A DNA stretch of 63,088 nt, the filler included, from Olpidium bornovanus S191 (taxonomy: Eukaryota > Fungi > Olpidiomycota), in NCBI GenBank assembly GCA_017911155.1. It is 26 parts of 26 records of this genome, joined end to end, with 100 filler letters (N's around TTAATTAATTAA, not from the genome) between each part and the next. Parts side by side here need not be neighbours in the genome. Positions count along the whole stretch, not along the records: positions 35,939 to 40,029 come from JAEFCI010002864.1; positions 40,130 to 42,535 come from JAEFCI010002275.1; positions 42,636 to 45,280 come from JAEFCI010003810.1; positions 45,381 to 46,394 come from JAEFCI010001304.1; positions 46,495 to 50,816 come from JAEFCI010007240.1; 21 more parts are not named here. One strand, given 5' to 3'. This document shows, piece by piece, positions 35,939-48,061 of this stretch. The notes under the pieces are model-generated. The model was not told where the DNA came from and ran no database searches. It saw nothing but the letters and a program-made list of their open reading frames with translations. How positions within the stretch are numbered: the first letter of the stretch is position 1; each line of letters starts with the position of its first letter. The translations under genes were made by a program, and so were the position numbers.

Positions 35939-38350
35939 AAACACGGACACTTCAAGGCTGTGTTCGACACGCTCTTCCTCGCCAAGCGGGTCAGGCAGAA
36001 TGGACGTGACGGGCGGGGGCCGGCTGGTGGTAGGCGCAGCAGGCACCAGCTTTTTCATGCGTAACGCCGGGACTACGGCAGATTCTGGTGATGCTTTGAC
36101 TGACTCCTTGGTTTTCAGACGTGGCGTCGAAAAACGGTCTGCAGACGTTTCCCCTTCGATTTTTTCGTCGACGGGAGGTACCATGCCAGGAGCAGGCTTG
36201 ATGGGCCGCTCGTCGCCGTCCCCGGCAAATCTGATGGGGCTTCTGTCTAGCTTCGACTGTGGAGGCGACAATTTTTTTGTGTAGCGGTCGTCGTCTGCTG
36301 TCAGCGCGACCGCCGGTTTGATTGGGCGCTCGTCTAATTTTGAGGGATGCTGTGCCGGCTTGATCGGGCGTTCGTATGCATGCGACGGCAAAGGCGCAGG
36401 ATTGATTGGCCGCGCGTCCGCCGGTATCGGTTCGGCCTCCAGGCGAATATCAGCCCCAGTGAACTGCGGATCGTCAGATGCGGTAGGCAGAGTCAGCGCA
36501 CGGAGTGCGCTATCCATCGGCGCAACGCGTTCGCTAGGCGAAAGTTTTCTAGGAGTGAACTCGTTCGCGGTAGCACTCCTCGGCTTATGGGGGCTCGTTC
36601 CGTACTTAAGTTGCGTAACGTTCGGCGGCGAAAAAGACCTCCCGGTGGCCGCCTGCTCCTGGCCTCGCTGGTCCCGCATCGGCTGGTCAACGATTTCCGA
36701 TCCCACCCGCATGCCTGCTGCAGACTTATAATCAGGCTGTCCGTGTATGGGTGGTAGCATTCCTCTTGTGATGTTACCCACCTCATCCAAGCGGAAGCCC
36801 TCCTCGCTCAGACGCTTCGTCCTTGCTGAACGGATAGACGCAATCTCAACCCGGAAGCTCTCGGCCGCGTCAAAATCTTCTCGTTCGACTGCCGTCCGTT
36901 TCTGTGCCTCCATGCTCGCGATTTCTTCACCAGCTTTGCCAAAAGCTTCTATCAGCTTCTTTAGCGACTTAGCAGTCATAAAGTCTTCGCCTTAAAAACA
37001 CAGGACGCACAGGCCGATCAGGTAAAGTCTGATGTTCCAAGCTACTCCCCGCGTTGTTCACGTACTAGCAACCGCCGATTCCTTCGCTTGTCGGAGGGCG
37101 CGGAGCATCCTGGACGTCTCTGCATCATGGCTAATGGCAAACGATAGATCTGCCTCGACCGCCTGGTCGCGCGCCGGACCAGTCAGATCGTAATCCTGCG
37201 TCTTGTTCACAAGGCCCCACACTGCGGCATCTAGATTGGCAGCTATTGACATCGAGACGTCCGCGTCTGGGAACTCTAGCGCGCCAGGATCGTTACCAAT
37301 CTCTGAGGGCGCCACGGACGGCGCATATTCCAAAAAACTGGAATTAGACCTTTCGAGCACCTCGCCAATCACGTTGAGCGCAACGATAGATGCCTTTATG
37401 GATGCGTAGAAGAGGACAGACGGTAGGAGTGTGTGAGGAAACTGTGAATTGCTAAGCGTGCGTGGAGAACGGTACCTAATGACATAAGCGCGTGGGGCAG
37501 CGATTCGCGACATGTTGTTCCATCACCCAAGTGCAAAACAGGGGTCGGATACGAGCAGTTTCATTTTACCTTTGAGGCAGGTAACGTGTACGCGTCCGCG
37601 CCGACGCTAGCTGGCCGGCCGAGATACGACGGCTACGTCCGCGATTTTGCTGGCTCTTACCTGATTATAAAGGTTCAACTCGTTGACGTGGCACGACACC
37701 AACACGAGCTTGAGGTACTCGCCACGAGCTTCGAGGGGCACGGACTTCAATTCACGGGATTTAAACTGCGACCGGTCGTTGCTGTCCAGCTTGATATACC
37801 CCAGACGGGTGAAGTGAATCCCGTCCGCGGCAGACGGCCCGTGTCCCCGCTGCAGATGCTGACGCGACATGTTATCCTGCAGGTACGCAGCAAACTCCTG
37901 CCGGGACGGCCACCGCCCGGCCGCATCGTTCCCCATGCCGAATCGGTTGCCGACGCTCAGCTCAATCCGCGTTGCAATCTTGAAGTGGTGAGACAAGATC
38001 TGGAGCTTTCGTATCCTCGCGGGACCTGATGTGAAGCGGACGCATAGCGTTTGCGGGAACGTGCAGTATCTGCGGAATGTCCAACACAAGCCGGCTGGGT
38101 CAGCGAAAGATCTGGCAAGGACGGCTGCAAACTGCAGCCGCGCCGATCACGTAGACCAAACCCGCGGGCCCCACCTTGCGGTCTGCCATCCACGCGCCAG
38201 CGGGGAGTGGTTTTGTATTACCAGCTGGTCGGGAGGGTTTTCTTCGGCCCAGCTGGAGGCGTACACGATCTGGAAAGAGAGCTTCTGCTGGCACTGTTCC
38301 TGTCGGTTCCTGTCGCGGTTGCCGTGTTCCGGCGGTTCCGGCGGCTGCAT
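35939..38350 (-). CDS. CEP104: Centrosomal/ciliary-tip protein CEP104, 5' part
   Basis: KLSFQIVYASS...GWQTAR|YCTFPQ...RIRKLQILSHHFKIATRIE...FTRLGYIKLDSNDRSQFKSRELKSVPLEARGEYLKLVLVSCHVNELNLYNQV|..IVALNVIG...DLSFAISHDAET...AKESAV..EDF..AKSLK...EAQKRTAVEREDFDAAE. This matches the CEP104 jelly-roll and coiled-coil regions. The start ATG at 38350 is tentative. Confidence 0.93.
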
Positions 38351-39475
38351 GTGGTGGAGGTGCGTTCGCGGCGCAACGTGCTGCTGCGGGGCCGGCACCG
38401 GCCCGCGGAGTCGATGCGTCCCCGAGGGGTCGTGAGTCGTAGCCATGGCAAAACAGGTGGCCGTTCCGTCCGCCGAGAACCGGTGCTTTGTGTTCGAACT
38501 GCAGGAAGAGCGGGCGCGCGCTCGCACGTCCCAGCGTTCACCTCACCGTCGTCGCCCCGCACCCGCTCCGCCCACCGTAGAAGGTCGCCCGTCTCGACGC
38601 AACCACCGCCAGAACGCGGTTTCGCAGCCAAGACCCCTTTCTCTGCCCGGGTTGTCGCCTGGGCGCGCTCGCAGCCTTAGGCACGTCAGCGGGATCCCTT
38701 TCCTTTTCCTTACACGAGATACCTTTGCTTTTTCTTCTACACGAGATACCTTTCCTTTTTCCTTTTCCTTTTCCTTTTCTTCGAGATACCACCCACGCGG
38801 TCCTTTGCCTTGCTCTCATGCGCACACACATACGCACGCACGAACACACACTCTCACTCTCACACACACTCTCACACTCACACTCACTCTCACTCTCACT
38901 CTCAAATCATATTCATGAGCGGCCCGACATAAACGGCTTAGATGCGGTACTCGGCAGAGCTGCTCCCCCCCGATATCTTCCTGATAAAAAAAGGCAAGCT
39001 TGCCCGATGTCTGTGCATGACATCAAGGTGATGCTGCAGCGTGCATATGTCAAGAGTAGCCGGGGATTCTATCATGACATTCAATTTCAAGCCCCGGTGC
39101 AAAGAGGCAAAAAAAACAGAGACATCGCCATAGGCATTCCGCGATGTCAAGGTGACATCGAAATGCCGAATAAGCCCTGTCGTACAATTGACAGCAGTCT
39201 GGTGTGTATGATATCATGCCAATAGCCATTTCCAATAAAACTCAATGCGATAACCCAAAATCGCTGAAAAAATTTATTAAGCAAGATCTTGTTTTATTAC
39301 ATAAAAACACAGACTGCCACGGCATCGTGAAGCAAGGTCTACTGTCCGTTGTAACGGTTATTTAGTGGAAGCAAAACAGAAAACTTTAGAAAACAACGAC
39401 ATTCCAGGACGCAGTGCATTTCTGCTGACTTTAAAACGCTTGCCGCACAATAATGCATCACATGACTGCTAATCT

Positions 39476-39760
39476 TTGTATGCCCACGACATCGTTCGAT
39501 TACAATTGCAGTTCCTGGCCGATCTCCAGAAGGCTTACCACGATCGCTGCGCCACTGATACCGCTTACAAAAAGGGTTCGCACGTCCTTCTCTTTAATCC
39601 GAAGGGCACACTCCTCTCCCTAACAGATTCTTTGCAACCTCAGTCAAAAGTGAGCGGGTCCCTATATCGTCAATTTACACGCTTCTATAACGTATACTGC
39701 CTTCACGACCCGTCGATGGGCAATACTTGGTTTGTCAACATTGACCGCTTACACTCATCT
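39476..39760 (+). mobile_element. Ty3/Gypsy integrase C-terminal (SH3-like) remnant
   Basis: LQKAYHDRCATDTAYKKGSHVLLFNP...LQPQSKVSGSLY...VYCLHDPSMGNTWFVNIDRL resembles the QK.YYD...F..GD.VLL...KL.P...GPY...VY.L...V++.RL pattern. Confidence 0.65.
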
Positions 39761-40364
39761 CACGCTTGCTCCGCCCCGCTTTCCGATGTCGCCCGATTCA
39801 TTGAGAACGCCAATTATACCGTTCCGCGTGATATCCGCACGACCGCAAACAATATTATGAACCAACCGTTGGTTTGGCTTCGACGCGTTTCCCGGCGATC
39901 CGCCACCGTTCGACGTTGTGAGAAAGAAAAGCGAACACAAGACAATTCGAGGGATTCTCGGGAATTGGCACGCGTGCCAAGGGGTACTCAGGCAACAGAG
40001 CTCGAGGAGAAAGCGGCTTACGAATCATGNNNNNNNNNNNNNNNNNNNNNNNNNNNNNNNNNNNNNNNNNNNNTTAATTAATTAANNNNNNNNNNNNNNN
40101 NNNNNNNNNNNNNNNNNNNNNNNNNNNNNCCGGGGGGGGGCCCGGGGGGGGGGGGGGGGGGGGGGGGGGGGCCTTTTTAACCCCCGGGGGGGGGGCCCCC
40201 CCCGGAAAAAAAAAAAAAAAAAAAAAAAAAAAGAAAACACGCCCAGCAAATAAAAGGTCCGGCAAAAAGGCCGGGGCGGAAAAGCGTCCCCGTCGTCGGT
40301 CTTTCGGCGCGCCCAGGCCCACCAACCCACCCCACGCGACTCTTGCGCTCGCACGCCTCCAGCC

Positions 40365-41953
40365 ATGAGGTCCCTCCGCGCCGCCGTCCCGCTTCTCGCC
40401 GCCGCGCTCGCCGCCGTCCCCGCCCGCCCCGCCCTCGCCGGCATCTGCTTCGGCCCCGACGGCGTTTTCCTCCCGTTTTCGCGCGTCGGCGACCCCTGGG
40501 CGGATGCCGCCGCCGCCGGCTACCGCGGCCCGCTGCCTTTCTATTACGAGACCCTCTCCTGCGAGCCGCTCGCCGTAGCCATGACCGAGAAAGAGTTCAA
40601 AGACGCCGTCGAGCTGCCCGTCCCCCTCGGCTGCAGCAGAGTGACTGATCTGGCCCACTACGACGGGCCCCTCGTCGCCATCTCCGAAGTGAAAATCCTG
40701 GAGGCCGTCCGCGGCGCGCCGTACGCCAGGGCCACGTTCCGCGACGTCGCCGAGTGTCCGTTGTGCAAAACCTGCATGCACTTCGACACGGTGTAAGCGC
40801 GGAGCGGCGTTTCTCTTTTTGCCCCGACCCGACGCGTCCTGTCCCGTCGCCGTCCTCCGAAGACGACAGCGTCCTCCTGCCGAGGGGGTTCATTATTTAT
40901 TTATTATTTTTCTTTCTGTTTTCCGCGGTGCTGAACCACATCTCTTTCCGTCGATTATCCCCCCCCTCCCCCCCCCCACCCCTTCCCGCCCGTCCTCTCC
41001 TTTTCCCCGAAAATTTTGCCGAACACAGCAAACTTATCTGCGCCTGCGGCAACGCGGTGCACGCCGAATGTATCGACGATCATATAAAACGCTCCGCCGA
41101 CGACAACCTTCCGGTATGCCCCTTTTGCCATAATACGATCACTCCGGGCGAAGACCTCCCGCGGCCTGAACTCCTCGCGAAGGCGCTGATGCTTTTCGAG
41201 GAAAAACGCTGGATGCCGGCCAGGCCCGAAACCGGCAGCTTCGCCCACCGGGACGAACCCAAACCCTCCCGGGGTCCGTCCCCGGCCTTCGAGCTGCCGG
41301 ATACCTTTGCCGAGTTCATGCTGGACCGCATCAATGCGCATTTAAACCTAGCGGAGGCGGCGATCCGGGAGGCGGCGGCCGCGATTGACGGGCACGAGCC
41401 GAGCGAACATGATCGCGAGTACAATACGCTCCTCGGGCGCCTCATGGCCGGTATTATCAAAGCGGCGCGCTCCGCCGTGACGGAAGCTTACCCCGTGCCC
41501 GAAACTCCGGCCCTCGCCGATCTCAACCGGCAGTCGGCTGCCGCCTGGCTCAAGTCCTTGGCGGATGCCGTGGGCGCCGGCAACCGCGAAGTTCTCTGCC
41601 CGCAGTCGATCGTCGCCGATCTGAACGCGTGGTACATGCGCCTCGTGGGCGTGAAGTTGCTGCTGGACGCGGTCGCGGACATGAAGCGCCGGATGGTCGA
41701 ACTGCTCGCGGTTAACGGGGATATGATGGAGATCAAGGCAAACATCCCAGCGTACGACCTGGACCACCAGTACCGTGGCCACTACGCTGTACTGAGGACT
41801 TTCTTCACGTCCGCGGACGCACTGGACGTCCTCTGGAGCGCGTTAGTTCCAAAATTCAACGCCGTCAAGGATTTTGCTGCTGTGTTCTTTGGGGTGAAGG
41901 CGTTGTTCCGGACGGAAAGGGCGCTGTACTACGGAGAGCATGATGCGTCTTAA
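40365..41953 (+). CDS. Signal-peptide protein with a C4HC3 RING/PHD-like zinc finger and a helical C-terminal domain (about 450 aa spliced)
   Basis: Exon 1 40365-40792, intron 40793-41028 (GTAAGC...CAG), exon 2 41029-41953; the phases match. The junction creates CPLC-x12-CAC-x4-H-x2-C-x14-CPFC. N-terminus MRSLRAAVPLLAAALAAVPARPALA-G. Confidence 0.7.
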
Positions 41954-43194
41954 GACGCAAGGCGAGGCTTACGCGGACGCCCCGCATTTCTGCCAAACGA
42001 GTATCCGAGGCCGGGGATCGCAGGCGGAACGAGGGACCGAGAGAACCCCCCTTTTCCCCACACCCCCCTCCCCTCCCCCTCCCCCCTTCCTCCCATTTGA
42101 TCTGCACGCATTATACAAAACTCTCACCAGACCGTAGCACCACTGTAACTTTCGCGAAGTTTAATCTATAATCCGAACGCGCCTTTTTTTGTTTTTCGTC
42201 CGGTCGGTCGCGCGTCTCACCGTCGTCGGCCGTTCGCCGTTCGCTCGTTCGCCGCCTCCGTCGGACAGCGGAAAGAAAGCGCCGCGTGCGGGAAGCAAGG
42301 AAGCAAGCGCGACAGGGGGTGTTTGTTTCTTGCAAGTGGTGGCGGACTAACCGGTTTAAAAGGGGGAAAACGCAATTATTTTTTTTTTCCCCCCCTTTGT
42401 GGTCCTCCCTCGCACCCCAGCCGCCAACCCTAACCCAACTTCCCCCCAAGGACGCGGGGCGGTGCGCATTTTTTTTTTTTTTTTTTTTTTTTCCCCCCCG
42501 GGGGGCCCCCCCCCCCCCCCCGGGGCGTGCGGCCCNNNNNNNNNNNNNNNNNNNNNNNNNNNNNNNNNNNNNNNNNNNNTTAATTAATTAANNNNNNNNN
42601 NNNNNNNNNNNNNNNNNNNNNNNNNNNNNNNNNNNCCCCTGCGTAGATCCCGTAGTCGCCGCCATATAAAATAGGGTTAGAGGAAACTAGTAAACAAAAC
42701 GCCCCGAATACAGTTCTCCTTCCCTTCCCGTTCTTACAGACCCGCGGCGTTCTCTGCGTCTGCGCATTTTTCGGCTTTTTTCCCACCCCCCCCGCCCCCC
42801 CCCCCCCCCCCCCCCCCCTCGCCCCTGTTGGAGCCGAGCCGAAGAAAAAGGCGAAAACGCAGCGTATACCGCGAGCTCAAAAGAACGGGAAGGAAAGGAG
42901 AACTTTATTTGGGGCATTTGTTTACTAGTTTTCCCCTGCGCCCTATTTTATATGGAAGCGACTAAGGAATCTACGCAATGGGTGACGCGGGCTGGTGAGC
43001 TCAGTGTGTCTACGGCTCAGTCTCCCCCTTTACACCTCCCCCCCCCCCCAAAAAAAAAAAAAAAACCCCCCCACCAGAAAAAATGATATGACCATTTTTT
43101 TTTGTCGGACTCACGAAGATTTCGATATGCGTTCGAGCAGTCTCACGATACTCTGTCTCCTCTTGCTCTTCATGCCGAGTCACCGGCCAACGTT

Positions 43195-43420
43195 GACGAA
43201 CCAGAACCACCTCGCCTGCACCTCAAGCCGACTCACTTCTGCGATGCAGCGACGCGTCCCGACGCCCAGCACTAGGAGGATGCCATGCAACAGGAGTATG
43301 ATCCCCTTCTCGCGAACAACGTTTTTGAACTAATCCCAATGCTCGCCGCATTCAGGAAAATTGGGTGTACAACCTCAAACTGCACCCCGATGGAACCGTA
43401 GACAAACACAAATTTGGTGG
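43195..43420 (+). mobile_element. Ty1/Copia reverse-transcriptase N-terminal remnant
   Basis: PDAQH*EDAMQQEYDPLLANNVFELIP, then after a frameshift WVYNLKLHPDGTVDKHK. This is the AM..EY..L..N.V+EL...WV+..K..PDG...K pattern of copia RT (RVT_2). Confidence 0.75.
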
Positions 43421-43685
43421 GGTTGCACGTGCCTCGGCTGGCGTCCGTACGAAGGCAAAAAATTGCGCCGGCCAATAAACAAACGCTGCGGGATTTTTTT
43501 CTTGTGACGAAAACTAATTCGTTTCCAGCGCACCCGGCTTTTCGTCGAGAAGCCCTGCGCCGCGCTCGCCGGACGGAGCGCCCCCCGCCCAGCCGCCTGC
43601 CCGTCCGCCCCGCTCGCCCCGGCGCCTGCGCTTGCCCGCCGAACACCCCGCGCTCCGGCGCTCCTTTTCCTCCGAGGTCGCGTCG

Positions 43686-45280
43686 ATGCCGCCGCCGCCA
43701 GTCAGATTCGCCCTGCTGCTGCCGGCTGCCGGACGGAACCGCTCGCCACTGCCGCCGCCGCCGCCGCAGCAGCCCTCGCCGTGTGCCTCCCCTTCCCGTC
43801 CACGGCTCCTCCCCAGGCCGTCAGCGCCCTCGCCGCGCCGCCGCCCCTTCTCGTTCGCGCCCGTTTCGGCGGGCGGTGCTCTTGCGTCGGTGTCGGCGGG
43901 CGGGGCGCGGCGGACCTCCGCCGCGCAAACGCCCGCCGCCCCGCGGCACGGCCCGGCCGCTCGCGCCTTCGCGGCGGTGGCGGCCCGCCGCCCGCCATTG
44001 GCCCGTGTGCAGTCGGCTCGGCCGGCCGGGTCGGCGGCCGCCGGGACCGCCGAGGCACGCGCCGCCGCTGCCGCCGCGCCTTGTACCACCCCCTCCCCTT
44101 TTCCGTGGGCGCGGTCGCTCGCGACGTCCGCGGGCTCCGAGGTTGAGTGGCGGTCGTCGGATCCCGCCTCCCCGCACCGGTACAAGTACTTCGACGGCGT
44201 GCGAAAGCCCGACGCCGACGACAGGGGTTACCGTGTGCTGCTCCTTGCTAACAAGCTGCAGGCGCTGGTCATTTCCGACCCGGCGGCGGACAAGGCCGCC
44301 GCGTCTCTGAACGTCAAAGTCGGCCAGCTGTCCGACCCGCCGGAGCTGCAGGGTCTGGCCCACTTCTGCGAGCACCTGCTGTTCATGGTGAGATCGCCGG
44401 CCGTTCTGCCGTCTCACGAGAAGATTGTCCGCTTTTCGGCTGATTTTGACCCCATCCCCCCCTTTCTTCCCATCCCGGTTTCGCGCCTCAGGGCACTGAC
44501 AAGTACCCAAACGAGAACGAATACTCTCAGGTGCGTTCGAGAGGTGACGGGAGGCCCACGGGTGGTCCCGCTGCAGGTCCTTGAGTTTGATTTGCGGCGC
44601 CGTTTTGCGCTTTTCCGCCCACTTATACGCCTTCGCCCGCGCATTCTATAGTTCCTTTCGGATCACAGGTACCAGACGCGCCTTCCCTTACCGCTCTCAT
44701 CCAATACTATTCTGACCCGCCGTCTTTGCGTTGAAGCGGCCATTCGAACGCGTACACCGCACTCGAGGTTAGTTTCTGCCCGATACGGCCCGGCGCAGCA
44801 CGCGCGCAAAGAAATCAGAAACTCACGATTCTTGGCGATTCAGGACACCAATTATTATTTTGAAGGTGGTGTCCGGCCGCGTGCGCGGATGTGGCGGCGT
44901 GGACGCAGTCACGTTTGGATCAATCTTAACGGCACGGGCCTTTTTCGTGGTTATTGGCAGTTGGACACCGGCATTTGGATGGGGCGCTTGAAAGGTTCGG
45001 CTGTTGTTTTTACATTTTCTCGAGTTCGTCCTTCTTTCCTCTGGTTGCTGACGTCCGTTCCAGATTCGCTCAATTTTTTATTTGCCCGAAGTTCGAACCG
45101 AGTTGCACTGACAGGGAAATAAGAGCTGTTGATTCAGGTGCTGTTTTGTCGTTGTCCTAGCATGCATCTTTTGTGGGGGTGCCGGCGCTTACAGTCTGCC
45201 TTGCTCGGCTATCAGAGCACAAAGAGAATTTGCAGTCGGACGGGTGGAGGTTGCATCAGCTAGAGCGCTCCCTCGCTCGG
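43686..45280 (+). CDS. STE23: Insulin-degrading enzyme / Ste23 (M16A metallopeptidase), 5' part
   Basis: DDRGYRVLLLANKLQALVISDP.ADKAAASLNVKVGQLSDP.ELQGLAHFCEHLLFM (HxxEH), then exons 44492-44530, 44652-44668, 44737-44767, 44844-44865, 44961-44994, 45064-45137 and 45216-end, all in frame: GTDKYPNENEYSQ|FLSDHS|GHSNAYTALE|DTNYYFE|VGHRHLDGALER|FAQFFICP...REIRAVDS|EH.ENLQSD.WRL.QL. The start ATG is tentative. Confidence 0.95.
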
Positions 45281-46494
45281 NNNNNNNNNNNNNNNNNNNN
45301 NNNNNNNNNNNNNNNNNNNNNNNNTTAATTAATTAANNNNNNNNNNNNNNNNNNNNNNNNNNNNNNNNNNNNNNNNNNNNGGCCCCCCCCCCCCCCCCCC
45401 GGGGTTGGCGCTCGACGGCCTCGCCCGCCCAACAGAGGGGGTGTCATGCGCACGGGCAGTCCCGCCTCAGCGCTTGTCACGGGCGGCACGGGCCGCGGCG
45501 ACGGCTGCCCCCGGCCGTTGCACATTGAACAGTTGCGCGCGCTTGCCACCCACCCTCCCCCCTCCCCCCAAGTTCGTTTGACAAGACGGAGCCAGACATT
45601 CGACGACATTGTTCTCGCAGGCTTTTACCTCGCTTAAAAGGGCTCCGGACAAGGCCGGGCGGGGGGAGATGCGGGCCGCACGTCCAAAATATGTCACGTG
45701 ACTCCCTGGGTAACTGGAGCCCCCGTGGGGCGCGATGCAGTAATTCATTCGGTGCATGGCGGCCGTGGAAAACTCCTCCAGCGCATGCAACGAGCGGCGC
45801 TGCGATGATTTAGCCGTGGCATATCTGATCGGCGGGCCGCCCACGAGTGCGTCGTAAACAGCCGTCGGAGCTGTAGAACCTTTCTTGCAGCCAAAAATCA
45901 CCGGCCAAGACCCTGATATCCACGTCCGGGAAGGTCTTCGTGTGGACCAGGAGAATGGCCTGCCGGTAAAGAAAAGTAGCATCGTCAACAGCCGCCTGGA
46001 CGGACGAAAAAAACGCCGGGAGTCGGGCGGATCGATGATCGCCTGTCTAGGCCCAGAAGCAGGACAAAGCAAATTTAGTCCCGGCGAACGGGAACCGGAC
46101 TTGGCCGAGCGGGTATCCGAACCGATCAAAGCCTGCCGGCCTAGATCGCCGGCGGCCGGCATGCACCTGCCGCTTTGCGCCCAGAAGGGCAGCGCGGTGA
46201 TGCGCTCTGCGGGTCCACGCGTGGCCTCGCGGGCGGCGGCTTCCTCCCTCCCCGCGCCCGGGGTAACGCCAAGGCTGTGTCTCCCTACTTGCCCCCCCCC
46301 CCCCCCGCCCCGCTGCGTTTTAAAACCTCCCTCCCCTTTTACGCTCTCCGCCGCCGGGGCTGTGGCCGCCCCCCTCCGCTCCACCCAACCCCCCNNNNNN
46401 NNNNNNNNNNNNNNNNNNNNNNNNNNNNNNNNNNNNNNTTAATTAATTAANNNNNNNNNNNNNNNNNNNNNNNNNNNNNNNNNNNNNNNNNNNN

Positions 46495-47326
46495 CATGCC
46501 GTGGTGCGTCCCCTGAAGACGGCCGCGCACCGAGTTTTCGGAGGACGAACACGGCGAGCACAATTCTTCGTGACTGGGTTCTTTCTCGGCCTGCTTGGGG
46601 GACGCCGCCGCCCACGACGGAGCCTTCTTCAGTGGAACCATACCTCGCGCCCACGAATCAATAACGGCGCCTGCCGGCTCTATGCCCGGGGAGTGGGAAG
46701 GGCGGGGGAAGGGCGGGGCCCGTTCCGAGTTAGGCAATCCCGGTGGTTCGAGAAGGACCGGAAGAGGTGGACCGGGACATAACGCCGGTTTCCGGACCTT
46801 CGCCGGCCACCCAAACGGAAGGATCCACTTCTCCGGGATCGCACTTGAAGAACCGCCACTGCGAACGTACATAAAAATAAAGAAAAGGGAAGAGTTACCA
46901 TCGGCGAAACGTCGTCGGAGGTCTGCGGTTGTTCCCCTGCTTGCAACACCTCCGCCTCCGCCCCCCCCCCGTCTCTTTTTCGGCGGTGTTTCCGGCGTCG
47001 CGCTGCCTCCGGGTGCTGCGCGGACCGGCCGTCCCCGGGCCGCCGCCAACCGTCGCTTCCGGGTGTGATCGCAGAAACCAGGCCGCCGCAGAACCTGCCG
47101 ACACCTCTCCCACGGCGGGGCGAAGCGGCCGTACCTCGACCATGTTCTCGATTGTCTTCTTGCAGAACTGCACGGCGTACGGCAGCACCTGCGACTCGAT
47201 GTGCTTTTCGAACAGCACATCCTGCGACCGCTGTAGCACTTCGTCCACGACCGACTCCGCCAGGAATTCCGCAGCCTCCTGCTCCAGGATCAGCAGCCAC
47301 TCCGCCTCGGACAGGCTTCGTGCCAT
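46495..47326 (-). CDS. C2orf81-like (DUF4639-like) protein, 5' part
   Basis: Exons 47135-47326 (MARSLSEAEWLLILEQE...QVLPYAVQ), 46798-46858 (WRFFKCDPGE...W...E) and one starting at 46679 (EPAGAVIDSWARGMVPLKK). These match the LSEAEW / W.F..D.GE / EP....DSWA.G.VP motifs. Confidence 0.7.
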
Positions 47327-48061
47327 GGTCTCCGGGGGCGCGCGCGCGCGTGTGTGTGTGTGTGTGTGTGTGTGCTGCCGCCCTTGGTGATGACTCGCAG
47401 GCGGTGGAGGACGCTGAATGAGCGAACGCGAAAAAAAAAACAAAAAAACATCAGCCAGGAGGCCCGCCACGCGTCTTCCGCCCGCTCGCGCCCTTCCGCA
47501 CCCCGCGCGTACTGCAGCCCTCTCCGTCGGGAAAGGGGAGGGAGGGAAGAGGGGGAGCGGAAAAGGGGGGGAGGGGGTGCGGAGCGCCCGCTGCCGGGAC
47601 TTTCCGGCTGCACAACAACGCGTACCACACAGGCAGGCTCCAAAGCGGCAAAACCCAAATAGCTGCGGCAGCCCGGACGACGACGGACGCCCGCTGCAGA
47701 CGGGGGGGGGGTGGGGCTGGTCGAGTGAGGGCGGCGGGGAGGGGGGAGTGGGGCGGAGCCCCGACGAGGGCGAACGGAAACAAAAAAAAAAAGGAAGTGG
47801 TTTCTGGCAATCCAGTGTTTGGCGGTAGGGAAGCGAGTTTGGCGCTGTTGCGACGCGTCGCGTTAACGGTCCTCCTCTTTCCTCCCCTGCTGCTCGCGTT
47901 GTCATGCCGCCCCGCATTTTTTTTTTTTCTCCCACGCGCTCGGCAGCAAAAAGTAAAATCGGCGGGTCACGTGACCACTTCAGTCGCGACTCAATCCCCC
48001 GCTGCAGATTACGGACGCATGACCCGCACAATCCGCACAATTCGGAAGAGCCCGCCCTCGT

